A stretch of DNA of 24,154 bases from a virus (Duplodnaviria > Caudoviricetes): the IMG/VR virus record IMGVR_UViG_3300030397_000026, positions 1-24,154 of that record. One strand, given 5' to 3'. Position 1 is the stretch's first letter, and each line of letters begins with the position of its first letter. Positions 1 through 7,232 of this stretch are shown piece after piece. The notes under the pieces are model-generated. The model was not told the origin of the DNA, made no database searches, and saw only the letters and a program-made list of their open reading frames with translations. Made by a program: the position numbers and the translations under genes.

Positions 1-550
1 GGTCGATAAACTGATTGGTCGTAAACCCGCCCGCGTCAATCATTGCCTGAATGTCGGTAAAGTCTGCATTGGCCAAAGGTAGGGCCTGATTCACCGCACC
101 CACCTGTCGATCACGTTCACGCTGGTAGTTACCGCCGTAGATACTGCCCGCGAGGTCCTGAAGTTCCTGGGAGCGTGCGGGCATCGTTGCACCCAGATTC
201 CTACCAGCCCCCGCAAATTCAGAATCCAATCTGCCGCGTGTCAGCTCGGCAGCACGGTTAAAAGTCTGTTCAAGGTAGGGGTTGCTATCAGGTGAGAGAA
301 AATCGCCCGCAATCGTCTTTGATGTTAGTCCCTGCGCGCCCTGCACTAAGGGTGAGCCGGTCTGACCGCGATTGAACAACGCATCAACACCCTGTTCTTG
401 CTGAATAGCATCCTGCCCCGCTCGGCCTCCAGAGCTGTTCCAGAAGTATTGATCCGATGCCCCACGGGTGGCCTGCTCAAGTGGCCCCTGTAGAAATGCG
501 GGAATCTCGGTTGTCGTTGTGCTCGTTACGTTTCTTGGCCCACTGTCCAT
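1..550 (-). CDS. Putative DNA ejection / pilot (internal virion) protein, runs off the left edge
   Basis: Not in the ORF track. ATG at 548-550 directly follows the upstream TAA and the frame is open to base 1: MDSGPRNVTSTTTTEIPAFLQGPLEQATRGA...GDFLSPDSNPYLEQTFNRAA...SEFAGAGRN...IYGGNYQRERDRQ. The TTTT-x-IP start, NPY motif, G/Q/A richness and position after the tail genes fit podovirus ejection proteins. Confidence 0.7.
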   Translation of the reverse strand, partial: MDSGPRNVTSTTTTEIPAFLQGPLEQATRGASDQYFWNSSGGRAGQDAIQQEQGVDALFNRGQTGSPLVQGAQGLTSKTIAGDFLSPDSNPYLEQTFNRAAELTRGRLDSEFAGAGRNLGATMPARSQELQDLAGSIYGGNYQRERDRQVGAVNQALPLANADFTDIQAMIDAGGFTTNQFID

Positions 551-976
551 TTAAAGCGTCCTCACCATTTTGGTGTATACCTCGGTATAGCCGATCTTCC
601 TCGCCCATCCGCGTCTACCGTAAATTCTCATTTCGTCGCAGCCGCTCTCTCTGGCCCAATCCTCAACAATGGGTAACCACTTCACCCACTCATCAAGATT
701 CGACCCGCCAGCCGCTAATAGAAGGCACCATCTGATGTGCCCCTTGTTCTGGATTGTGGTGACTAACGCCGCCTCAATCTCTTTGTCATTCTGTGAACAC
801 CACAACTGCATCTGGGCCGTACATAAGCCCATGCGAATCTCGTGCAGTGTGTAGTCGGAGCCTCGGTCCAAAGCCCTTTGAATGTGGTCCTTAACCCTTT
901 CCCAAACATGAGGAATCTGGTCCGATGTGTAACCCCTAAGCTCAGACACGGCCTGTAGGCACAGCCTCAACGTCAA
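551..976 (-). CDS. GNAT-like phage protein of the tail/ejection module
   Basis: 141 aa with C-terminal 'EDWARESGCDEMRIYGRRGWARKIGY', a GNAT-like pattern common between nozzle and ejection genes. The true start may be the GTG at 949, which overlaps the upstream stop. Confidence 0.65.
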   Translation of the reverse strand: MTLRLCLQAVSELRGYTSDQIPHVWERVKDHIQRALDRGSDYTLHEIRMGLCTAQMQLWCSQNDKEIEAALVTTIQNKGHIRWCLLLAAGGSNLDEWVKWLPIVEDWARESGCDEMRIYGRRGWARKIGYTEVYTKMVRTL

Positions 977-1460
977 CGCCGAGTAATGTCGTAAAGCCCC
1001 CGGTTACAGTTAGTTCTACGCGTGCGTATCGGCCTGTTTCCCTGAAGTCAGCCTTGCCCGTTCTTGCGGTGACGGATGTTGACGCGGACCAGGAAACCGA
1101 ATCACCAATATTGTCTTGTGTGCCCACCCTTACCGAGTACGTGCCGCCATTGGCTAGAGGTCGAACACCAGACACCCGGACCCTTTGACCCGGTGCAGAT
1201 TCAACCGCACCAGTCTCAATCACAGCGTCTTGAACCACACCCGAGGTGGACTGAACCTGAAAGTCAAAAGCGTTTGCGTTTTCCCGAACAATCCCAATAG
1301 AGGCAAAAACATCGTTAACACTAAACATAGACTGATCAGCGTAAGCATCGCAGTCAGTCCATTGATTGGTTTTGTAGTTGTAGCATTCCCCGTCAGGGAA
1401 AAAGACCAGACCCCTAGCGGTGTTGACCGCAACGTGCCCCTGATTCGCCGTAATAGCCAT
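942..1460 (-). CDS. Tail nozzle / DNA-stabilisation protein (P22 gp10-like), C-terminal part
   Basis: 172 aa ending 'RVSGVRPLANGG...VGTQD...FRETGRYARVELTVTG...GVDVEAVPTGRV', typical of the C-terminus of this family. TAATG-coupled to the upstream ORF. Confidence 0.65.
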   Translation of the reverse strand: MAITANQGHVAVNTARGLVFFPDGECYNYKTNQWTDCDAYADQSMFSVNDVFASIGIVRENANAFDFQVQSTSGVVQDAVIETGAVESAPGQRVRVSGVRPLANGGTYSVRVGTQDNIGDSVSWSASTSVTARTGKADFRETGRYARVELTVTGGFTTLLGVDVEAVPTGRV

Positions 1461-1948
1461 TAGGTAGTTGCCCCAAAGCTGATGTCAGACACTTGATCAT
1501 GTTCGACCATGTGCTTGCCCCGGTCCGACTCAAAAAACACCTTGTCATCAATCTGAGCGTACAAGCCCTGCGCCCGACACCCGCGATCTTCCTCAAATGT
1601 GTCGAACGAGAAGACAATATCACCACCAACATAGGTCATTTTTGTGATGGCCCTTTCTTGGAACACGTAGGCATAGAAATCATTCCCCGCAATAGCGGTC
1701 ACAAATCCATGTTCCGTTGGAAAGGTCTGCTTGCCAGCCTGCTTTGAGCGGGCATCATCAGTAGCTGGGATGGGCCAGTCTGTAATATCGCCAATGGCGT
1801 TCCACTGAATTGAATATCGGTCACCAACCAATCCACCCACCACAACAAAGTCACGGACGGGCGCACACGTTAATCCGCCATTCACCGCTGGAACCGTGTA
1901 TTGACCTCCCTGTGTCGCTGTACCCGAGGGTTGAGTCGGCTTACTCAT
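1460..1948 (-). CDS. Tail nozzle / DNA-stabilisation protein, central beta-propeller part
   Basis: 162 aa with 'VRDFVVVG...IQWNAIGDITDW...YVFQERAITKMTYVGGDIVFSFDTFEEDRGC...VFFESDRG', the central blades of gp10-like nozzle proteins. Confidence 0.7.
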   Translation of the reverse strand: MSKPTQPSGTATQGGQYTVPAVNGGLTCAPVRDFVVVGGLVGDRYSIQWNAIGDITDWPIPATDDARSKQAGKQTFPTEHGFVTAIAGNDFYAYVFQERAITKMTYVGGDIVFSFDTFEEDRGCRAQGLYAQIDDKVFFESDRGKHMVEHDQVSDISFGATT

Positions 1949-2387
1949 CAGAAGTCCATATAACCAGAGTGAACCAATGTGGCCGTAATAGGTCCCTGCT
2001 CGGTCTGACGGGCCTCAACGGTAAAGAACACCTTCCCCTCCGCCTCACACACATCAATGCGTAGATAAACGGCGATGATCCGGAAGTAGCAAATGAAAGC
2101 GGATAACCAGTCGTGGTGGAGGTGGATGTGACCCCGTTCACGCCAACATGCAATGAATTACCATTAACCCACGCAGCTAGCACGTCACCCTGCGAGCCAA
2201 TGGGCTTTGCCATTGCGCTATACGAAACACCAGCTACAGCCGTAGAAAACGCGCCAGCACTTTGCAGATGAATAGGCTTATAACCCCCCACCTCATGGAC
2301 TACGTTCTCAGCCTTGACCAGCCCCTGATTTTGCTCGTCTTCGAGTGCGGGCCGGTAGTTCAGGAAGTTGAACTTAACCTCGCTCAC
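1941..2387 (-). CDS. Tail nozzle / DNA-stabilisation protein, N-terminal part (probable 1-nt frameshift near 2056)
   Basis: Begins 'MSEVKFNFLNYRPALEDEQNQGLVKAENVVHEVGGYKP', like nozzle N-termini. After '...FIYA' the annotated frame turns implausible, while the adjacent frame reads DVCEAEGKVFFTVEARQ...GYMDF* and ends in TGATG with the next gene. Confidence 0.55.
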   Translation of the reverse strand: MSEVKFNFLNYRPALEDEQNQGLVKAENVVHEVGGYKPIHLQSAGAFSTAVAGVSYSAMAKPIGSQGDVLAAWVNGNSLHVGVNGVTSTSTTTGYPLSFATSGSSPFIYALMCVRRRGRCSLPLRPVRPSRDLLRPHWFTLVIWTSDE

Positions 2388-2995
2388 GATACCCTCTGGA
2401 TCAAATAGCCCTTCGAGTGCTCTGCGTTGTCTTGTTCAAGCAATAGAGACTCAACGGCCTCACTAAACAGGTCACGCCACACGGGAATACGAGGATCATT
2501 GCCGATGAAGGGTTCAGCTTCCAGCAAGGAACCATATAGAAGCACTTCGGGTGCGTTTGTGGCATACCATGATGGGTCCGTTGTTCTCAGTGGGTCCTGC
2601 TTGGCGTAGTAAATGCCCCGAAGGGTGCCGTCACTCGCTACAGGGCCAAACACGAAGTTCGAACCCTCGCGGGAAATCAGGCAGGGGTTTGAAGTGGTAG
2701 AAGAGCGGTCAGCATAGTCGTTGTACAGCTCTTCAATCGTCACCCACTCAAGTAAGTCAGTGGGTGTGCCGTCGTAGTAGGCGAATTTCAGCGCCTTAAA
2801 GTCAGAGGGAACCGCAGCTACGCCCGAGGTAATCGACACGTTCAGTGCGGTCTCTTCATTGCGCAGGTTCAGAGAGCGATACAGCTTGTTCTCCGCGTTC
2901 TGCACAAAGTTCTCAATGAACCCCGTTAGGTCACTTCGAGCCAAATAATCGGCCACCGCCGTCTGCAACGTGGCGTAGTTTGTGATAACAGCGAT
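2384..2995 (-). CDS. Head-tail adaptor (tail tubular protein A-like)
   Basis: 'TNYATLQTAVADYLARSDLTGFIENFVQNAE...YYAKQDPL...NAPEVLLYGSLLEAEPFIGNDPRIPVW' is the characteristic adaptor pattern. Start extended from TTG 2968 to a probable ATC at 2995, which has AGGAG 8 nt upstream. Confidence 0.85.
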   Translation of the reverse strand: MAVITNYATLQTAVADYLARSDLTGFIENFVQNAENKLYRSLNLRNEETALNVSITSGVAAVPSDFKALKFAYYDGTPTDLLEWVTIEELYNDYADRSSTTSNPCLISREGSNFVFGPVASDGTLRGIYYAKQDPLRTTDPSWYATNAPEVLLYGSLLEAEPFIGNDPRIPVWRDLFSEAVESLLLEQDNAEHSKGYLIQRVS

Positions 2996-3006
2996 GGCCG
3001 TGTCTC

Positions 3007-3738
3007 CTAGCTAGCCTTGCGTAAAGGCGATTTCCAATAAGCCCTGCGCACCATTTCCGTGGGATGCTCCCCCACCATGTGCAGGGCGTTCAGTAAGTAG
3101 CGATTCCACTCGCGAGAGGATTCGCAATCCTTGTAGTGCTCGAAACCCGGTGAGCCGAGCGTGTGGTGATACAGCCGAGCATTCATCTCGGGATACTCAC
3201 CCACAAGATGATTCCACTCGTTAGGCAGTCCACCAATCTGCTCATCAGTGAGCCACTGGAAGCGATGCAGGAACGCACCGCCCGCCTCTGATACCGTCTC
3301 TGGTGTCAGGTAACGATTTGAGGGGTGTGCGCAGTTAAACAACATGACCGAAGACCAATTCTTGCGATCATAATCAACGTTGTCGTTTTCAATGGGTGTG
3401 CCGATGTACTTACGCGGTGAGCAGGTCTTGTAATCGTGCTTTACAACCTGAACCGCCGACTGTGGGTCACGTAACTCAAACAACTCATACACGTCTGCGT
3501 TAACGTGCATGTCGCCATCAAAGAACATCGCCCAGCCCTTGTAGTCTTGCAGGTAAGGGACCAGGTAGCGCGAGAAAATGAACGCGTTTGTTCCGGTTTG
3601 CTGACCGTCAATGTGTAGTAAGTCTTGGTGCAGCGGGATGAATTGAACTGGTCCCGATGCGTGCTCGATTACTGATTGACAAAATGTGTGATAAACACAC
3701 GCCTCTCTGGGGTCGTACCCCACGAATATACTGAGCAT
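3007..3738 (-). CDS. GT-A fold glycosyltransferase (GT8-like)
   Basis: 243 aa with 'IFVGYDPRE', 'FIFSRYLVPYL', DxD motif 'FFDGDM', 'RKNWSSVMLFNC', 'EWNHLVG' and 'HHTLGSP'. Confidence 0.85.
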   Translation of the reverse strand: MLSIFVGYDPREACVYHTFCQSVIEHASGPVQFIPLHQDLLHIDGQQTGTNAFIFSRYLVPYLQDYKGWAMFFDGDMHVNADVYELFELRDPQSAVQVVKHDYKTCSPRKYIGTPIENDNVDYDRKNWSSVMLFNCAHPSNRYLTPETVSEAGGAFLHRFQWLTDEQIGGLPNEWNHLVGEYPEMNARLYHHTLGSPGFEHYKDCESSREWNRYLLNALHMVGEHPTEMVRRAYWKSPLRKAS

Positions 3739-3743
3739 ATTGC

Positions 3744-3779
3744 TCTCCTTGACAAGTGCTTTGCTCCTTGTCTCGGAGA
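3744..3779 (-). promoter_or_regulatory. Stem-loop that pairs with the Shine-Dalgarno of the GT8-like gene
   Basis: Minus strand reads TCTCC-ga-GACAAG-N10-CTTGTC-aa-GGAGA-gcaat-ATG; the 3' arm includes the GGAG SD. Confidence 0.45.
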
Positions 3780-3788
3780 ACTAGCGGG

Positions 3789-4334
3789 TTATGCCTCTAG
3801 GCTAAGGCTTCGATTGTTTGCAATGACGAAAAACTCAACCGGCGAGACAATCTGAAATGTCTGCAAGTCGAATCTTTCTAAAAACTTAGGTAGCCACCAC
3901 TCGGGCGGCTCTTGGGTCAGGTGGGCGTTGCGTCCATCGTCTAGGACTTTCCCAGCCGGACCCATATGCACAGACGCAAATAGAACAACCTCTGTGAGTT
4001 CTTCGAGGTGATCTAATACGTTCTCAAGATATTCCGGCTCGATGTGTTCCAGAACATCTATGCAGGTGACTAACTCTGCGCTCTCGGGGCTGTCAGCGTA
4101 CTCAGGAACGCCGATGTCATACGGTTGATAGCGAATGTCCCGTGAGGGCTTAAGCGTCTGTGTGAGGCTTAGGTTTGACCCCGCGCCGTAGTCTAAAACA
4201 GTATCAAGCTCCAGCTTGTCGATTATGCTCGACACCATTTGCCCGTATTTCTGGGCTGTTATTCCGTAGTTTCCTTTTTCGTGGAGCTTTCTTTGTTGCT
4301 TTGCGTACCCGGGGGAACAATGCGCTGAGTTCAT
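3789..4334 (-). CDS. Class I SAM-dependent methyltransferase
   Basis: 181 aa with motif I 'VLDYGAG' and 'LVTCIDVLEHIEP', plus 'DGRNAHL...PPEWW'. This is not an adenine or cytosine DNA MTase signature. GAGG lies 8 nt upstream of the ATG. Confidence 0.85.
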   Translation of the reverse strand: MNSAHCSPGYAKQQRKLHEKGNYGITAQKYGQMVSSIIDKLELDTVLDYGAGSNLSLTQTLKPSRDIRYQPYDIGVPEYADSPESAELVTCIDVLEHIEPEYLENVLDHLEELTEVVLFASVHMGPAGKVLDDGRNAHLTQEPPEWWLPKFLERFDLQTFQIVSPVEFFVIANNRSLSLEA

Positions 4335-5703
4335 CGGCTAGCCTCTTAATTACCTCGGTCCATTCCCCCCGTTTGGTTTGCCTGTAGAGCTTGAGTGATT
4401 TGGCCCACGGGAAATCTTCGTATCCCTGACCGTACCTCCACTGACTGTTCATGGGAACAAGCGTCCAACACGGAACCCCCAACCCACCAGCCACATGAAC
4501 AGCTGTGGTATGCATGGCAACAACGTGATCCATTGCGGCAATCATCGCCACAGTATCGTCGTAGTCGTTGCTTAAGGTTCCGTGGGGGTACTCAACCAAG
4601 TCAATATGCGGGTATTGCTCTTTGAATGCGGCAATTTCCTTGCCCGCTGGCTTGTACTGTAGTGATACAAAGTGTGCATCTACAGATTCGAGAACCGGCC
4701 TCAATCGCTCAAGATCAACGCGCCTGAACTTAGCGCCCGTCTTGGCAATTCCCCCGCTCCAGGCAATCCCGATAACCGGCTTGCCCTTAGATTCAAATAG
4801 TGCCTTCCACTGCAACACCCTGTCCTCATCTGGTACGAGATAAGGCGTGCCCGGAAAGTCCTCGTCTTTTGTTCTGAAGTACTCGGCTATCTGGCCGATG
4901 GGCAAAGAGTAATCAACCTTGCGGTCTTCTTTGTCCCAGTACATCTCCTGATTACCCTGAGTTCCGTAAACCTTGAGCTTAGGAAAGGATCGGCGCAGAA
5001 GGTTACTTAAGCGATTCGATACATCAAGGATGATGCGAGAATCATTCTTATCGGCCCACTCCATAGCGTCAGGGAGCATTGAGGCAAAGGATATTTGATC
5101 GCCAAGCCCCTGCTCGCCGTAGAGCACAATATTCCCTGTGCCCCTACCATCCCACTCGGGTTCGTCACAATATTGGTGCTTGGGTCGCCACTCATGCCCA
5201 AGACACTTGCGGTAGTTACCCCACCCTTCTGACCAGTTTCTACGGGCTAGCTGGCAAAAGCCTAAGTTAGCTTGCGCCTTTGGTGATTCGGGGTTGTGTT
5301 CCAGTGCTTGCTTGCAGAACTTCTCGGCTTCATCAAACCTGCCCAAGTCCACCAACATGGAACTCATGTTGATCGCGAACATGGAAAGCTGTTGAGGGTC
5401 TTTCGTCATGCTCATGCCGCGCTTGTAATAGCGCAGTGATTCCTCATCGCGCCACAAGTCCCGACACGCAGTACCCATGTTCGTATACACCGCAGGCACT
5501 CTGGGGTGTTTCGCAATTAGGTTTTTACAAAGCTGATACGCGATAACCGGTTTATCGGTTTCAAGCATCAAGTAAATTAGTAGCAAGGACCACTCAAGGT
5601 GATTGGGGTTCTCTTTGAGGTGCTTCATGGTCAGGTTATAAGCCCGATCATGGTCACCTTCTTCAGCGAGTGTGCGTGCTACTTCGAGTTCGTCATAGTG
5701 CAT
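4204..5703 (-). CDS. TPR-repeat protein fused to a GT-B (GT9-like) glycosyltransferase
   Basis: 499 aa. N-terminal TPRs (e.g. 'LGRFDEAEKFCKQALEHNPESPKAQANLG') precede 'EQGLGDQISFA', 'IGIAWSGG', 'FVSLQY', 'DTVAMIAAMDHVVAMHTTAVHVAGGLGVPCW' and 'WRYG...PW'. Confidence 0.88.
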   Translation of the reverse strand: MHYDELEVARTLAEEGDHDRAYNLTMKHLKENPNHLEWSLLLIYLMLETDKPVIAYQLCKNLIAKHPRVPAVYTNMGTACRDLWRDEESLRYYKRGMSMTKDPQQLSMFAINMSSMLVDLGRFDEAEKFCKQALEHNPESPKAQANLGFCQLARRNWSEGWGNYRKCLGHEWRPKHQYCDEPEWDGRGTGNIVLYGEQGLGDQISFASMLPDAMEWADKNDSRIILDVSNRLSNLLRRSFPKLKVYGTQGNQEMYWDKEDRKVDYSLPIGQIAEYFRTKDEDFPGTPYLVPDEDRVLQWKALFESKGKPVIGIAWSGGIAKTGAKFRRVDLERLRPVLESVDAHFVSLQYKPAGKEIAAFKEQYPHIDLVEYPHGTLSNDYDDTVAMIAAMDHVVAMHTTAVHVAGGLGVPCWTLVPMNSQWRYGQGYEDFPWAKSLKLYRQTKRGEWTEVIKRLADELSALFPRVRKATKKAPRKRKLRNNSPEIRANGVEHNRQAGA

Positions 5704-6016
5704 GTGTGAGGTTCGTCGTTTTGAGATGGGGGTAATGTTCGTTGATGACCTTCAGCAGCTCTTTCGTCTGATTTTGGTCATACATATCAATCCCCCACTT
5801 GCGGCGAATCTCTACCTCAATCGCTGCTGGAATGATGGCGTACTTGTTGAAGTCGCCTACGCGGTCATTCAATCCGCTGTTGCGCTCGTCTTTCGCCAAG
5901 TCAAGGACCGGCTGCGAGTCTTGTTTGATGGTAACTATCGCCTCATCGGAATCGTGGTCAAAGTCGTATTCGTAATACGTACCACGCGCCGAGTTCCAGC
6001 CGAGCATCTTGCTCAA
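5693..6016 (-). CDS. Conserved-looking phage hypothetical protein downstream of the capsid gene
   Basis: 107 aa, TTG start with AGGAG upstream, overlaps both neighbours. The 'QDSQPVLD...AIIP' pattern is seen in head modules of such phages. Confidence 0.7.
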   Translation of the reverse strand: MSKMLGWNSARGTYYEYDFDHDSDEAIVTIKQDSQPVLDLAKDERNSGLNDRVGDFNKYAIIPAAIEVEIRRKWGIDMYDQNQTKELLKVINEHYPHLKTTNLTHAL

Positions 6017-6174
6017 GGCTCAATCTCCTGCCTATCCATCTTCGGCGTACCGCACCGCTCACACTTAGACAGATAGCGCGCGTACTTCTTGCCGCCCGAC
6101 TTCTGCTCTCCCGAATAGAGAACGATGGACCGATGCCCGAGAAGGACACAAAGGAAGATTCGTAGTTTTGCCAT
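6013..6174 (-). CDS. Small Cys/His (DUF1660-like) protein, 53 aa
   Basis: Below the ORF-track cutoff: MAKLRIFLCVLLGHRSIVLYSGEQKSGGKKYARYLSKCERCGTPKMDRQEIEP*. GAGGT SD, C-x3-GH...CxRCG motif, and TTGA overlap with the next gene. Confidence 0.65.
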   Translation of the reverse strand: MAKLRIFLCVLLGHRSIVLYSGEQKSGGKKYARYLSKCERCGTPKMDRQEIEP

Positions 6175-6190
6175 GATTACCTCAGAAGGA

Positions 6191-6214
6191 AGGGGCGACC
6201 CGAAAGCCGCCCCT
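6191..6214 (-). terminator. GC-rich hairpin after the major capsid gene (weak terminator or mRNA stabiliser)
   Basis: Minus strand AGGGGCGGCT-TTCG-GGTCGCCCCT followed by TCCTTCT; poor U-tract. Confidence 0.6.
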
Positions 6215-6221
6215 CTCAGCC

Positions 6222-7220
6222 TTAGCCGATTGCGACAACTTTCGAGTTGCCTCGCGGATTGCGGCAGACCAACGTCTTCTCACAGAGAATCTGACGTTTT
6301 TCTGCGTCACCCGTTTTCGCCAGCGGCTCAGTCATCCAACCGCGCAGGTTACCTACAGCCCACAGGGAGCTATCAAGGCAAAGTGCGACAGATGAACGAA
6401 CGTGACGGTGCAGAATGACCTTATGCACGCCGTAGTTCGACACGTACAAGTCAGCAGCACCCGTGATAGATGCCTGCTGTGTACGGCCAACGTCAACGTT
6501 ACGCGTTGCAACGCCCGTGAAGTTATTGATGTAGTTCTTCGCGGTTGAGTTAACAACGATCACGTCAGTCGTAGCACCCTGGTTGTAGTTCGACTCAAGA
6601 GCAAGACGAAGATCAGCCTCCGTCAGCGCTGCCGTCGTTGAACCGTCATTCGGAGCCGTACCCGGAGTGCCTGAGGCAATCGGTGGCGTGGTAGCGGATG
6701 CCGTTGACGTTGCCAGTACTACTTGCGTAGCTGCCTGACCAGCGGTCGTTGCACCAATCCACGTTTCGATTGAAGCGAACGCACGACCCGTTCCCGTACC
6801 ACCTGCGGTACCAGCCTGGTTGCGTGCAATTGCCCACTCAAGGTCATTCGCAGCTTCACGCATCTTCTTGACCGCTTGGCGACCAATCTCAGACTTGCGG
6901 CCCGCTTTCTTAACGGTTTCCTGCGTGCCCGAGATAATGAAGGTCTTCTTCACGATCTGCGTGTAGTTTGAATAACGAGCCGGGTTTACGATGGTTGCGA
7001 ATGCAGCATCGTCACCCTCGATATTGATGTTCGACCCCGGTGGATCAAGCTCGTCACCGAGCCATTCGTGGAGGGTCGCGCCCGCGTCTACCTTGTCGAA
7101 GTTAGACGAAAAGTAGTTCTCATCTGCGAACAGCTCGTGAATGGTATCTTCGAGATCCTCTCGGTTACCACCACCGCTGCCGACAGAGTACGAACTAGAC
7201 GTACCTGTTACTGCTGCCAT
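6222..7220 (-). CDS. Major capsid protein (DUF5309 / SU10-like, HK97 fold)
   Basis: 332 aa with 'GNREDLEDTI', 'HEWLGDEL', 'IEGDDA', 'NYTQIVKKTFIISGTQE', 'LAKTGDAEKRQILCEKTL'; lies downstream of the scaffold. Confidence 0.92.
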   Translation of the reverse strand: MAAVTGTSSSYSVGSGGGNREDLEDTIHELFADENYFSSNFDKVDAGATLHEWLGDELDPPGSNINIEGDDAAFATIVNPARYSNYTQIVKKTFIISGTQETVKKAGRKSEIGRQAVKKMREAANDLEWAIARNQAGTAGGTGTGRAFASIETWIGATTAGQAATQVVLATSTASATTPPIASGTPGTAPNDGSTTAALTEADLRLALESNYNQGATTDVIVVNSTAKNYINNFTGVATRNVDVGRTQQASITGAADLYVSNYGVHKVILHRHVRSSVALCLDSSLWAVGNLRGWMTEPLAKTGDAEKRQILCEKTLVCRNPRGNSKVVAIG

Positions 7221-7232
7221 GTCTTTATTCCT

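Noticed and set aside
3007-5703. GT/MTase cassette as DNA hypermodification or gtr-type serotype conversion
   Set aside because: No DNA MTase catalytic motif, no base-hydroxylating or nucleotide-modifying genes nearby, no membrane flippase, and late structural context. Disfavoured but not excluded.
5958-6149. 63-aa minus ORF MSFSGIGP...
   Set aside because: The 53-aa frame 6013-6174 has an SD, a Cys/His motif and coupling to the next gene, so it is preferred.
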